The notes: generated from the letters alone by a model not told the origin. 64,000 bases of DNA from Lytechinus pictus (GCF_037042905.1 NC_087251.1:25360001-25424000); one strand, 5' to 3'. Positions 36,708 through 51,965 are shown, counted from the stretch's first letter. A program made the numbers and translations.

Positions 36708-39700
36708 TTACCCGAGGACAACCGTCCGAAAGCTTTTTTAGTGCCATCGCGAGATGGAATAGTATAATTATTACCTACAAAGGTTTATCCTTGCAAATGA
36801 AGAAAGGAACACTCTTTCATCACCTTGCAGCCAGATTATTGCACTCAGAATCTTATCAATTTATTATTCGTCTGCGTCTTCATTGAAAGAAATCTTTAGA
36901 GACAATGAACAATGCTATGGAGATATTGCTGAAATGAAATCAACTCGGCATTTATATCCCTATTTTATTAATTTGTTTTTATCAGTGAATCATCCTGTTC
37001 TTAATTTACAGCTCACATTCCACCTAAAACACATTTCCCGAGTCCTTGGATATATTTATATATTTTTACCGCAATATCCTTCATTTAAGAACTTTTTAAA
37101 CAACATTTATGTTTCCTAACGGCATTACTACATGCATTCTACAAACGGAAGTTTTACATTTAACATTTTTTTTTATATAGGAATAAAACCATGTCCGATT
37201 TTGTGTCCCGTGGTTTACCTAATAGACTAGTGTGAATGACTTCATTACGCATGTGAACTTCATCGATACCACGAATAGGTACTGTTTACACAGTGTCATC
37301 GTGGTACGTGCAGAATATCACGGCTATTCAGCTAGCTTGGGGACTTTCAGAAGTGGTGTGATATTGGCTGACCAAAGTGAGTCTCGTATATTACTGATCT
37401 CACAACACAAATGCCTGCTTATCGTTTATACCTATTAAACTTTGTAATAGAAAGTATATTGATTTATTGATTCCGTATGATTAAAAAAATTAACATGCCA
37501 TTCTTTAAAAGGCATATAATCATGTTAGGGATCTTCGCTTCATTCTAAATTTAGTTCAAAACCTACTTTATCTACATCTGTGTTCATCTAAAATACTATT
37601 ATCATAAATTGTAAGGATTTTTTTTAGTTATGATTATCGTTTGATAACAATGATTATCATAGAGCTATGATAATGAAAATAATATTTTACCACATCTTTT
37701 AAGTATTTACTCGTTCGAGAATATCAACGTTTAACTCTCGTACTTTACTACTTAATTTTTTTGGGATAAATTCCTGCTCGTCTGTCCCCTCGGTTAGGAC
37801 TATTTTTTGATAAATCAAAGATGGCTCATTTCTTCAGTCTTCATGATTGTTCTTTAAACACTTAATTGTATACTTTAAAAGTTAATATACATCACATTGA
37901 CTATAGTACACTGCGAAGTGAAGGGGTAGCACATGCAGTGTAATAAATAATATTGATAATATATTAACTCTTATTTACCCAGGGTAGCAGTGGTGCGATG
38001 AGCCAAGGCTTTTGAGGGGTCTATATACGGCGCATCGCGTAAACTTTAGAGAAACAAATTGCGAGCGAGTAAAAATTTCGACATTTTCATCACCGTACAA
38101 AAATCAAATTTTGTGACAGATTTGACGTAATATTCAGAAAATAATATAATATTTCACCCTTTCTCTTTTTTTTTCTTGGTCGTGATTTTTTTTTGTTGGG
38201 GAGGGGGGGGGGAAGAGCCCCCACTGCCCCCAGCCCTCATCTGTATGCCACTGCAGGGTAGTCACTTTAGCTGTGAACTGTTCTTCGACCGAGCCCTGCA
38301 TGGCGTATCACATGCTATTGCCAAAGTTGTTGGGATATTTATGCTATTTGCAATGAAATCCTCAAAGATTAAGCTATTCTTACACATACTAAACTCGGTT
38401 TAAGACCACCCCCCCCCCCCTTTGAAATGACGAATCATGTGATGGATTACATTTCCCCGTAAGTCAAATTTGTCTATCTTTTGCTATAAACGGGAGATTA
38501 TATTGAAGGTGTTCTTTAATTGTGTTTTCTCATAACACTCGATCTCCCTTCTTCCTTGGAGGAAATCTAGAGTCTAGGTTACACAACCCTGAAAGGATCA
38601 TTTCAAATGTGATGATTCTTCCGCGATCAAGAAGAGAAAGAGAGGGGGGTACTTTGATTGGTACTCCCCCCATGCATGATCGATATGAGCTCTAATAAAA
38701 CTTATCTCTGCAAATAAGCGAAACTCTTTGAAAAGGCCCTACGCGAAGAATTTGTGATATCATAAGTACCTCCATAATGATAAGGTTTCGATCCCCGTAA
38801 CCCCTTTATAATATAAAAGTGAAAAGAGATCAGATCAATCGACAGACTTTATCCCACGGATGTTGTGTCACTACTCAACATCGACGAATCATTACCACAT
38901 CCTTTCTTAAAGATTCCATAAAATCACTGATAAAGATCAAGTGAAAGGGATCAGTGCATTTGACGAAAGAGCATCAAAAAGGGTGTCATCCTCTTAACTT
39001 GAACTTCAGGTATAAATTGCTAATTGAACGACTTTTCTTTTCATACTGAAATGACAGATTCATCGAGGTCAACTAAAGGTTACTCATAATTATGGCTGAT
39101 TATGAGCGCTGACATAATCTTTGTGTATATTGGTGATAAAAAATGAAACAAGATTCCAGGCTCGAAACTCGATTCTATATGGCCAAAGGTGAAAGTATAA
39201 CACAAAAGTATTTTAATCATTTTCCTAGTTTTGTCTGACCGTTCTATTATTGAACAAAGTCCAACAGTTGGATTCATCTTAATGCAATCAGCCGATGGCG
39301 AAAATAATTATCATGGTAGATCTGTTGATAGAATGAATGATAATCATGCAGTATGAATTCTTTTGAGAACGAATCCGTCATGGACATCTTGCTAAGGACT
39401 TTTACGAATAATACATTAATCAATGTACTTATTGAGAGGTAGATCGAATTCACGAGCTTTGCCACATACCTCCACCGGCACACGATTCTGTTTTGGCCAT
39501 TTTTTCTTTAGTTGAGTGATTGTATGATCTTGTGTCATCCTTCACATCTTATTCATTCTCTCCGCCCAAACAAAATTACAAACAGCAGAAATGCGATCCA
39601 CTAGAAGATGATTAAATTCAATGATACATTTGTTCAAATCAGATCTCAATACAAAATAGAAATACCAGGGATATAGTTACATACTAGTACAAGATATCCG

Positions 39701-42700
39701 ATAAGATCAAGACTCGATAAGTTACATAATATCGAAATAATATATGACTATCGAAAAATATTTTTAATGCGTTTTTGTTTAGTATCCAGATCAAAAATAA
39801 ATTTCAAAAATATAAAGCAAAATCATTAAAACGGTCCAGCAAACGCTTTTGAATGTTCAGAACATCAATCACAGGGAGTGATTAAAAAAAAACACAAGGA
39901 ATGAGCAAAGTCAAAGAAAATATACTTTATGTGTATAGTGCTTGAAATAAAAGACGCAATGATTCCACTTCAAATATTTGAACGTAGAAACGCCAAGGAG
40001 GACACTGTTGTCATGACAACACACTTCAACCACGGTAACACCTCACAATGTTCAATTAAAGGATATTGTTCAGATATAATGTATTGAACATGATGAAAGA
40101 AGCTGATTCTTTTTATGTTTTTTAAAACATCGATTTGTACTATGAAATAGATAATTCTCAAAAATAAAAGTACAATAGCATGTTTAAAGAATGCCGTTGT
40201 ACTCGTACAAACAAAATATGTTCTCTCAAAATGTTACAATAAATGAAATATGAAGTACCTTGGAAGGTAACAAGACTGTACTATAAAAATTATCATGGAA
40301 ATGCACAAACTCATTATCTAAATTTTCGTAAGTGAACGTAATTATTCCAATATGAGAAATTATAACCAGTTTTCGGGACGATAATTGTTCTGTGAGAAAA
40401 GTTACAGCTTTATTTGTTCGTTGACTCGCAGAACAAATGTTGAATGATAACACTTAATATGTAGTCAAAGTCTCCAACATGACGACTGAACAAACATTTA
40501 TTCCTAAAAGCTGTATTTCACTTTGTCTGTGACTCTATACATTGATCGTTTCAACACTTTAAACAATGATCCATATATATTGAAATAGGTCTTTGATGGG
40601 GAAGTTTAATATGACAGGGGGCATGAGAAATGTTTAACGATTCTATGGTATCTACCTAATCAATGGCGCACGGGAGTCGGGGTCGCTATTACCCCCCCAA
40701 AAAAAAAAAATATATATATAAAGTGATTTTTTTTGTCTGAATTGTTTTAGTGCGTCTTGCCTCATATTGCCTCTTTTTGTTTTAGTCTGTGAGATTTGAT
40801 GATTGCGTGAAATCATCTAAATATGATATCATAGTTATCGACTACAAAACCTTCATTTCTTTGTGTGATTTCCATTCGTTTGTAAATTGGCATATCGAAT
40901 TGTAATTTTGAAATTCATTGCAAAACTTGTTGATTTTGTACATACAATCGAGTTGCAAAAAGAGGCGGTGATCCTGGGGGGGGGGGGGGGCGGGGCACAG
41001 TGCCCACCACCTTTTGAAGCACCTGAAAAGGTGCCCTTTTTACTCAAGGAAAATGCCCCCCCCCCCCCTCCCTCACGAACGTGTACTGTGCCCCTTTCAC
41101 TTGAGGATGACCTGTTTTAGGTGTTACCAAGTGCACTTTCTTGTATAAGTGCCAATTTTTACCAAAAAATTACCCTTCTCGAACGTGTCCTGTGCTCCTT
41201 TCACCTGAGAAGGACCCGTTTTATGTGCTAGCAAGTGCCCCTTGCCTTCTTGTAAGTGCCCTTTTCCGCATCAGTGCCCCTTTTACGCAAGAAAAGTGCC
41301 CCTCCAGAATGTGTTGTGTCCCTTTCATACATGAGGACCCGTTTTATGCCTTCTTATATAGGTGCCCTTTCTCGTATCAGTGCCCCTTTTTATTCAAGAA
41401 AAGTGCCCCTCACGAACGTGTTCTGCGCCCTTTTCACCGAGTGTCCCTTTGAAACAAGAAAACAATATTCTCATTTAAGATGGTATTACTAGTATGAAGG
41501 AAAACAAATTGTAAGAATAATTCTACCTGCCTTAAGTTTCATGAATCATGTGAGTGGGGTAGATAGCAGTAACGACTTTGAGGGTTCTTCCCCCAAAAAA
41601 ATTACACGACCAAGAAAAAAAAGGAGAAGGAAAGAGAGAAGGGTGAAATATATTATTTTCTGATTATGTCAAATGACAAATTTTGATTTTCGTTTCAAAA
41701 CTGTCAAAATTTTAGCTCGCTCGCTTCGCCCACTCGCAGCTTCTTAAAAATGTTCACATGTCATAGAGCCCCTTCATTTTTATGGGCTCATTACACCACT
41801 GCAGATGAGTCATGTTTTTCTTTGTTTGAAGATAGTGCCCTTTTCAAAACAAAAAGTGCCCTTTTCCCTGTGCCTGTCGCCCCTGATTGTAAATGATACG
41901 AGTTTCATATAATATCATCATCTACAGCTTGCATCGACAACTAGCGGATGCCAAATTGTAATTGGAAGACAGATGATCACGTGATTGCAGTCAAAGCATG
42001 AGAAACCCGGATGTCATAGTGCATTGGTTTTAACCATGGATCTGGCTATAGGTCCATGGTTCAACGTGACGACCTGAAAGATGGCGGATCTATTGGCCAC
42101 ATCAGAGGCGTTTAATGACGTACCTGACAACCTCGTAAGGTAACTTCTATTTCTGGAAACACTTTCCCAGTTAAAAAAAATATATCTATCTACATATCTA
42201 ACAGATGTTTTTTAAAGTCTGAGGTCACCACCATTCTATTTCTGAAGAACTATCCCATCTGATATTTTCGGACAAGCAAATACACAAAAGGGCATACAAA
42301 TTCTATTAGGGGCGCTCATGCCCCTAACCGGAGAAGTGGAGAACATGGGAGTTAGCTGGAGGGGCGGCGCCACAATAGGGGCAGTGGGTGACCCCCACAT
42401 ACGCAAAATGAGTTAATTAGGTTTATCAGTAATTTCTTGACATCGAAAAGGAGACACATTTTGAATATCAAGAAATGTATAGACACAACAATTGCACTTG
42501 AATCTTAATTGCTGAAGGGGGTGGGGGTGAGGAGGAAGCCCCCAACCTCAAACTAAATCATTGGTCTGTAAATGGTATTGTCCGTTAATAACCCCTTTTA
42601 ACATGTTTAAGAAAATGTGGTTCACGTTGGCGCTCAATCATGTCCTCAGATCACGTACTATTCGTTGAACTTTCATCTACCTTTTCTATCAGTTAAGAAT

Positions 42701-42783
42701 TCTGTACCTGTTGAATTTGTATTACCATGCACGAGCATTCTCTTATTGCCTGGCGCCTGGCGGATACAACATGAGAGAGAGAG

Positions 42784-42819
<36 letters not shown>

Positions 42820-44508
42820 CCGCTATTTATTCACACAATGAACCCATGAACTGATAAAGGTGGTTTAATGTGGCCAATAATGCTCTTGAGCTTGAGTTAC
42901 ATGGAAAGGTTAATTGCCATGAATGTTTGCAAAAAAATGAAACGCTCGACATACAATTATTTTTGATATGTTAGTAATAATCATAAATGTTGCTTGCAAT
43001 GATTTATGAATGCATTATAGTCTTGTGATTTAAAGAATCAATCCATACAAATCAATATAATATTTCTCATTCAGAATTAAAATTTACTTTGTGTTGTTTT
43101 TTTTCCAATTCTAATCGAATGATAATATTCCTGATTGTAAATCATTGTACTTCCGACTCTGAATGATGATTTATTATTCTGATTTGGCATGAAAGTTTAT
43201 ACGGTCGTTTCGTATAATATTGCTTTCAATTAAAGTGACTAACAATTCCATTTGTCATTCGATGATTACTTCAGCATGATTATTTTTCCAACTCTAGAAA
43301 TATATGATCTTATAGCATGTTTTGATTTGTGAAAAAATAATTTATGTACGGGATTATTTACTTAATTATAATCGCACAATTGGCCACGATTATATGAAAT
43401 GAATAATAGCATTAATTACGCTATTGAATCATTTGTGATTGGGGGCAGCATGGTCGTTCTTAGGCCACGCCTTCCCCAATCAGACTTTGTCCGACCGTAG
43501 GTCTACGTGACAGTAAGCTCGTTATGAACCGACACTCTAGTTTTGATATGATATCATTAATCAGTTTTGTAGATTCATTTTTCTTGTTTGATCATGTGCA
43601 CAAGCAAGTTTTCTCTTCTAGTGTATTAGTATTAACAACATATATCAGTGACGCACTTCCTGACAAATTCTCATGAACAGAGTCATGAGGAATATGGGCA
43701 AAAGCCAACATGAAATAATATGGAAAAATATGGAAATACACACTAATACAATTTTTTTTTCTGGTCTCTGGTCTAGGAAGGATTTTAACGATTTTTTTTT
43801 CTTTCAGCATGAAAGAAGAGGGGTCATAGGGTGGGTGATTATTATAACTTTCCTTTATAAATTACAGTATCACACTAATATGATCAGCAGTCTCTGTACG
43901 GCCTTATTTCAACAAACTTCTTTAAATTAATATTAAGTAAAGAAAAGTTAAGTAGAAAGGGAGATGCATATAAGAATAAAATTAAAGATGCAGTCATATT
44001 CATTCTGGCAATCCTCGAAATCTATATTGAAAATGTGAAAAAAATATCAAGGCACAACGAACAAGCACGATTACGTCGATGTGGTATCAAGAACTTAGAT
44101 AGTTACATTCATATAACAATGCATGACTCAGATATAATCAATGATTTCGAGAACTTAAACAAACACTTACTCTTTATAATAATATCCCAGCACCACAAGG
44201 ATCTAGCATGAACTAGGATCTCGAAATATATTTAGGAAAACACATTTACCTTGCTTATGCACGAATTTAAATGTCATTCGCGGGGAGCTGACGACAAACG
44301 GTTCATGACTTTTGAATTTGCGAGTGATTTCTCAAAGTTTACCAAAATGTTTTACTCCCGAAAATGTCGCTTAACATTCATCAGAAAATGAATATGTAAT
44401 AAGAAATCCCCCTTCGAAAGGCTAATATTCATAGAATACTGACTAATATGTCAATTTACTGACATAGGTTATAGAAGAGCCACTAACATCTCGCTAATGA
44501 TATATTAA

Positions 44509-47333
44509 AGGGATGCTCCGGGCTAGTGATTTAAACAGATTGGCATTTTCACCACAGATGGACATTTTCACCACAGATGGACACAAAGGCCAAAAAATCA
44601 AACTGATATTCATGCTTTATGTTTTTAAATGAAACAAGACCTGAAGTTTCTGGGACTTTTTTCCGACTCTGGCAGCCATTTTTTTTTCAAAATGGCCGCC
44701 AAAGTATGGATACAAATTAGTGTTGAAAACCGTAAATAAATTGACACATATTTTGTTTTGAGACATTTTTAGAGAACAGGTTTGATGATGTTTTCCCCTG
44801 TGGTTAAGCTTGCTATTATAATACTTTATAAAATCCCATAGAAAGAAGTACCAGTAATTCATTTATCTGGTAAAAAAATATTGATAAAGTATGTGATATG
44901 GTATGTAACGTCAGTTATTAAAAACATGAACTTTTTTCTCATTTCCAAGAAAAGAGGTTATATTATATGAAACTTGGTAGATTTCCTCCTTAGGTAACAC
45001 CACTCCCTTCTACACCGAAATTAAAGATAGTTAACAATCACGTCACAGGGTACCAACCATAACATAATATGTGCAGCGTCAGTTACCAAGTGGAAAATGT
45101 AATGCCAGTTACCGAGATGTAATGTCAGTTACCATGATTAAACGTTGGTTACCAATAGTGAATTGAAAATGTGGTCAATTTCATGGTGAAGAAATATTGT
45201 ATACTTGTTATTTAAGTCTTTCACTTACTTAAACCAGAAGGAGCTTGCTATTGACTTTTAAAAGGTATAGTTCACAAGGAATACTATATGAAATTATGAA
45301 GGAAGTTGCATTCCCATCGTGCAAAAAAATACCACGAAATTGTTTTGCATATGTACATGTACTAACCAAGTACCTGATTGTTTGTATCAGACAAAGAATA
45401 TTTCGTTTATTTTCGGTTTTCGGGGGGTGGTGGTACTTTCCCCAACCTATTGCCTAAATCTGCAACATTTGATAAGCTCAACATCGCGATGAATGGGGTT
45501 TCCAGGGCCCTTTTTTTAGTTTCTAGGGTTCTTTTGAGCATTGCCGGTTTAAAGGTAAATTCCTGGTTTTTATACCTGTTATGAGTTGTATAGATGTGTG
45601 ATACAATTTTTGTTTTTAGTTTTACAAGTATAGATGAAAAGTGAAATTTGACAGTTCTGATCAATGTTGCATGAAACTGTGTCTTTTTTCTAATTTGCTT
45701 TTGTTGACAGCTTAAAAAAAAATTAGCAAAGAGAATGATTAAACAAATAATGAAGAAAATTGAAATCGGACAAATATGAACAAGAATTGTTTTCACTGAC
45801 CAGAATAGAAAATCAATAAAACTGCATGGTTGAATGAGATTCGGAGGAGGGGTAGGGGAGGAGACCCTTATTCATTTTGCCTTTTTGAGGGGGGGGGAGA
45901 GGTTGGAGAAGGAAAAGGTTTAAAAAGTCAAAATAAAACTGAATTATGTAAATGGGTCTATAGTCAGAAAAATTCATGTGTAAATACAATGCAATATCAA
46001 ATTACTATAGGCATACATACTTTAGCTGCTATGCCCCCTCCCCCGAGTAAGTAAAGCATACATTTCTTATATTTTGATACATTAAAATGTGAAGTATTAT
46101 GAAACTTTTATGATTTTAAAAAGCCTTACATAGCCTTTGAAAATCATATAGCAATGGTGCATGTACATGTGTAATGTCAGTTACCGACAAGTTAATAAAA
46201 ATGTTCAAATCAAAGAAAAAGAAAGTTTTTTTTTTCATTGATATGTTCCTAGAAACTCAGGTATACTTCCACATCAAGCTCACTTTCATGTGAAGCCCTG
46301 CACACAAGATACAACGCAATGATTCCACACATTTGACTTTTATGTGTTATCTCTATAGCAAATTTAAGTGTAACGTCAGTTACCAGCATGGTCGTAGAAA
46401 ATTGTCATAGCCCCCAAAAGTCAATAACAAATTATTTAATATTTTGACACATCTTAACCTAGTAACAAAGGTATATTAACAATTCAACTTATTATACTCT
46501 ATCTACTCAGGGACACGAGATATTTCAATTTTACTGAACACCCTGAAATTGTACGTCCTTTTTGCGTAATGTCAGTTACCGACACATTTTTGCTTGCTAA
46601 TGCATAGCAAATGTAGTTGCATTGAAAAACTTAGTATCAGAGTATACAGCAATTAGGTTCAATTTATTAACTGTATCAAAAGCAAACTCCCATCATTTGT
46701 TTTTTTTTAGAGATACACACAATAAAAGGTGTGTAAAATTGTGCCGTGTAACGTCAGTTACCATGAAAATGCCCAGATAAAGAAAAATCAGACAAACAAA
46801 ACACTGAAAATTTGATCAAAATCGGCGAATAATTTTGAAAATTTGCATTATTACGGTGAAACAGTTCTAGGCATATTTTCATGAATGGTCAATGAGCAAA
46901 TTGATGATGTCATATCCCCATTTATTCTTTTATATTTTATTATATGAAATTAGGTTTATTCAAATTTTTTCTACCAAGAACTGAAAAAATTGGATGACAA
47001 CTGATTTAGTGCATTAGATATTCATTGCTGCAACTTATTTCATTATAGAGGAGATACAATATTCACAAATGTATGAAAAAATTAAATAATTATGATTTCA
47101 TGTCATAACATAAGAAAAAGGAAAGTGGCATGTGACATCATCAGCCCACCTTATGAATATTCTTGATGGACGTGCATTTAACTATATATTTTCACAAAAT
47201 AATGCATGCTTAACTTTAAAATTAAATAACTTCGTCATTTGTTATACGATTTTGATGAAATTTTCAGCAGTTTGTTCTGTGAATTTTACTCTATTTATAG
47301 TAGATATAAATATTTTCAGCCCGGAATCCCCCT
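44509..47333. mobile_element. Kolobok-like MITE interrupted by a Sola2-like element (44541-46774)
   Basis: TTAA|AGGGATGCTCCGGGCT...AGCCCGGAATCCCCCT|TTAA; insert (T)GGCATTTTCA...TGAAAATGCCC with TSD AGAT and repeated GTAAYGTCAGTTACC. Confidence 0.75.
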
Positions 47334-50300
47334 TTAATTTCAACGCCCGGCATGTATTTCATATTCGTTAACATTGCTTGAATAAACCTTGTTATCCTTC
47401 CCCTATCACACTCTGGAATGTTAATGTCCCTCTTTGTGTTTATCTACCAATTGAACATTTATTACCACTATGCTCTCATCGAGATAACATTGTCTTTTGA
47501 ATAAACATAGTTCATCTTTTATTTAATGTTTAATGAGGCAACTGGATAAATTGAAGTCCAAAATAAGATTTGTTTTTAAACTTGATTTATTGGTTGGAAG
47601 TCTGTCTAGGGAAACACTTTATAAGCAATTTAGAAACAAGTAAATAAACAGAAGTCATTCAGAGGCCACATACAGTTCAATATGCCTGCCTATAACGCGA
47701 AACCATCGACAAGTTTTTATTTTTCTATCTCCTTCCCATGTTCATTCTTGCAAATAAATTACAATTTTTCTATTTTCTCTCATTTCCTGAGAAAGAATAT
47801 GCCCAACATGCCTAAGGAGAAGGGAACATGAGCATTCCGTTTTCTCATCTAAGAATCAAACATAATACAGAAAGTTAGTCCTTATCAAGGGAGTTAACAC
47901 TCGCACAGGCCCCATTCACATTTGACCTGAACTCGGTTGACCTCTACAGCATACATGATGCCGTAGTGGTGGCCAGTTACTATGGTAACCGTATACAAAC
48001 AATGTGCCCATCTCCAGGCAACGGTGGGGCATGAACAGTTCTCTGAACAATCGTCTTTCCTGCACCTTTGGGATAATGTTACAGGTCGTCAAATCATGAT
48101 GCAAATTAGGGGGAAAACATATTCACCTCAAGCAAATCAGTCGGACAATACATGCAATAGCATTCATTGTTTATAGGTTATATTCTAAACAACTTGAAAA
48201 ATGCATGCCGGTTTTTTTTTTCACAAATGCATCAACTTCACTGATCCGCCATATTATGTTTCTTTAATGTGTTGTACAGTTTTCTGGACATCTTTACAAA
48301 CAAGTATAGTTAATATCATTATGAAATAACGGCGTACTGCAGGAGGGGCGGTCCCATGCCCTTTTATCAGTGGGGATCAAATATTTAAAGGAGTGATGAA
48401 CGAGCGAATTAATAAGAAAGACTATCAAAAAGAGAGTTCTGTGTCGTTTAAATGTATAATACCCCTACTATTGAGAACAAAATGACGTCGCCATTATAGT
48501 AGGTGACTTGCCCCTATCAATTTTACACTGGCGCCGCCCTTGAAAATAACTATTTCTTTTCCACCTTCGGAATAATCTGTGTATGCATAATGAGCATGAG
48601 AAGCATGAGAAGAAGCCAGTGTATAAATGGACGACAAATTACGAATGACGAACGTCATCATGGTCATCACTGAACTGGATGATGTTATGTAACCCAGACT
48701 AATTGCGTTTCCAATGGAATGACCAGTGGTAGACATCAATGGATACTTGATCCATGCATGGAGCTATAAAACATAGCTCCATGCATGCTGATCGATCCAT
48801 GGTTTGTGGCTTTCATGGCATGATTCCGGTGTGAATATTAGTGAGTGGATTTCTTAAATCTTTTCTACAAAAGTGTCACTATAAGCATGGACCTATTAGG
48901 TCCATGCTATAAGCTGGTTTATGCACAGTGATTCAATAAAAGTAGATTATTGTGCCAAGAAGCGGATCTAGAGGGGGGGTTGGGGGGGTTGCAACCCCCC
49001 CCAAAAAAAAAATCCGGGGACCATTTTTTTAAATCTTATCTTTTTTTTATGCAAGAAAACGCCATTTTCACACACAGATTTTCAAAAATTTTCCCTACTG
49101 TGGGAGGGGGGACACCCCCCTCCCACACCCTCCCCCCTCGCTCGCTCCGCTCGCTTGGACTCGGTCGCTACGCTCCCTCGCATACCACCCCAACCCCCCC
49201 TTTATAAAAAGCTGTATCCGCCCCTGGTGCCCTGATTTAATATTTTCTTCTAAATAGTGCAAGCTATTTACCTGGTACATGTTTCCGCTCGGATAATCAA
49301 GATGATTGATATTAATTGCTTTGATACAAAATTCATTTTAGTGAAGCATGATGATGTCAAAGAATGGTTCTAAACGTCCGTGAATTAATAATCCTGAATA
49401 GCAGAAAATTTCATTGTAAAATACATTTTCAATTAAATCAACATGAGAATTCATACTAAAAGATGTCTTAATTTTTTTTTTACTCCATTGAAAGAAAAAA
49501 TAATTTGAAATGAAGTTTATTTCAACCCAGGATAATAGTTTCACGGACAATACAAAGAGCTACGATTGGTCCAATCAACCACAACTATGGAAAGCCAGCA
49601 ACGTCAAAATCTAAAATACATGTTTGTTCAAAAATATTTTCTACATATAAATAATGTATATTAATATATTGTTTTCTTGAAATTTTTTATTGCGCTCTTT
49701 GTTTAAAAAGGAGTTGGTGCTAATTTCCTGTAGAAAAAAAATATGACACCGATGGATTTCCATACAGTTGAGGATGATTGATTGGATCATGATTGGATCA
49801 ATCGTAACTCTTTTTAAGACGGGGCCTTCGATTGATTCATCGTATAGTCATTCGGCACATTAATTCATGCAGCAAAGAATACCTCCTGATTTCCCAAGCG
49901 TAAATCTCCAGGCCTACATCACAGAAATTGAGAATTTGAGAATGGTTTCACTTTTAAGGCGTTTTTTTTTCTCATTTTATATTACATAAGATTCGAAACT
50001 TATGTAATGTAAAATATGTTTCCGGTTTGAATAATGTATTTTGAGTTTGCATACACCAAATAGAGGCCTATATCCACGCTTGCTATAGACACGAGTTACA
50101 GTTTTTCATCTTTTTTTCAGATTCAAAGAAATATTAATACTGCGCGATTCATGATCTGGTCGGCGTATATAGCTATAAAGTCATTATGAGTATTTTTTTA
50201 CATTGGCCTACATGAAGGCCTATAAGGCATCTTTAAAGATAATTAATCATGTTAGTGAATATTTGCCCGAGCAAAAAACTGTTCGATCCTCCAAAATATG

Positions 50301-51814
50301 GCACATTTTATCCCCCAATTCGATAAAAATTGGTCGGACCCAAGCAACCCATGCCCTCTTATTTTTTTATTGAAGCACATCACGATTATTGTTACAGAGT
50401 GGACGCTCATAGGGGTCTGCGGCTACGTTGCTACAACGAACTAAACAATACCACCGACCCTCTCCAATTGACCAAGACCCATTGTCACCTGGAAACGAAG
50501 AGTCGCAATCAATAGATGCGAAGACTATTTCAAGAAAAGAGAACTCCCGATTGACATGTGTATTTGGTCAGTAATAAAACAGCAAGGCCTACTGTAGAAT
50601 GTGAAGATTTGAATGAAGTCTGCGATACGGTGCGCAGGGCAAATAAACTTTTGTTTGGAATGGAGTATACGCGATGAGTCCAAGCAAAATGTTATCTGTT
50701 ATTGTCCGGGTTCATTAGAAATAATGATAAATGTTTTGAGACTTTTAATCTCGAGTCCAGAGACGGTGCTGACTTATTGCTCTCATCATTTTTTTTTATA
50801 TAAAGGTGATAAAAGATAATAAGACGAATTAGTATCGGGGGAATATTTTGTATTAATATGAGCAGGTTAAAGCTTCATTAAACAAAACTTAAATGAGAAA
50901 AAATGTATCATTTGAAAGGTTTGTTAAAAATGGATTAATGATTTTCATTTTAATTGTTGGAGTCAACACTGGGCTACACAAGAATGTTAATCACGACATT
51001 AAGGTGGATAATGGCCTCAACACATCAGAGGGATGAGAATAAAAACGACCGGTGTTTAAGGTGTGATAACCGATGTCACAGAGGATGGGAATTTGAGAGC
51101 TTTTAAGGGTGGAAAGAAGGCTGAAAGGAAAGCTTCTTGTTGACATTCAGGACGTCTTTGGACTGTTATCGTCACCAGCGAGAGAGAAAATGTATGTCTT
51201 CTTGCCAGCCAATGGTATTGAAGAGATAGAGATGCGAAACCCTTTTGCTCAGGGAATATGTTAATTAGTCCGACATTCCCATTCTATAACAGTTTAATGT
51301 CTCCAGACACATTCGTATTGAGAAGTCTTGAAATGGTTTCATTCGAGCTATTTGTTAATTCTTAAGGCCTCGACTGATAGTCTCATCAAGACTTGAAAAT
51401 ATTTGTATGGAAAGAATGCATGATTACTGTGCTTTACAGCGTACTTTTAAATAACTTTTCAAAATGTCACCATGAATTAAAATCCGAAAGCAAAATAATA
51501 TAGATATAGACAATGATTTGTTTTTAATATTCAACTCAATTGTACAACTTTCAGTATTATAAAAGGAAAATCTACATAAATGTTTTCCAGAAGAAATAAA
51601 AAGATCTGCGGATTTCTGAAGAGCCCTTTGAAAAATCAATAAATTGCGCAGTTCACCCCTCGATAAATTCGTTTCAAACTTTGGAATTAGGCCTATGGTT
51701 TTATCAAAACATCCCCCCCCCCCCCCGAATAGAACACGATAATGCATCACTGAGAAATATAGGAGCCCAAATGACTTAAATAGAGTGATTTCTTAATTAG
51801 AGGTAATTACTCAC

Positions 51815-51965
51815 CGAAAATGGATGAAAAGTGGAAGACAGATGGAACGGTACGTCTTAGATCCTAGCAGCCAGAGACGAAGAGTGAAAAACCTCACACA
51901 CCGATATGGTAAACGAGTACCTTAGATCGGCTAGGGTTGGTCACGTGATGCGGACGTCATCGCGT
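51815..51965 (-). promoter_or_regulatory. Candidate promoter and non-coding first exon, possibly of AK
   Basis: Minus-strand donor CG|GTGAGT at 51814-51809; E-box TCACGTGA at 51941-51948; CRE-like GACGTCA at 51953-51959; locally CpG-rich. Confidence 0.4.
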
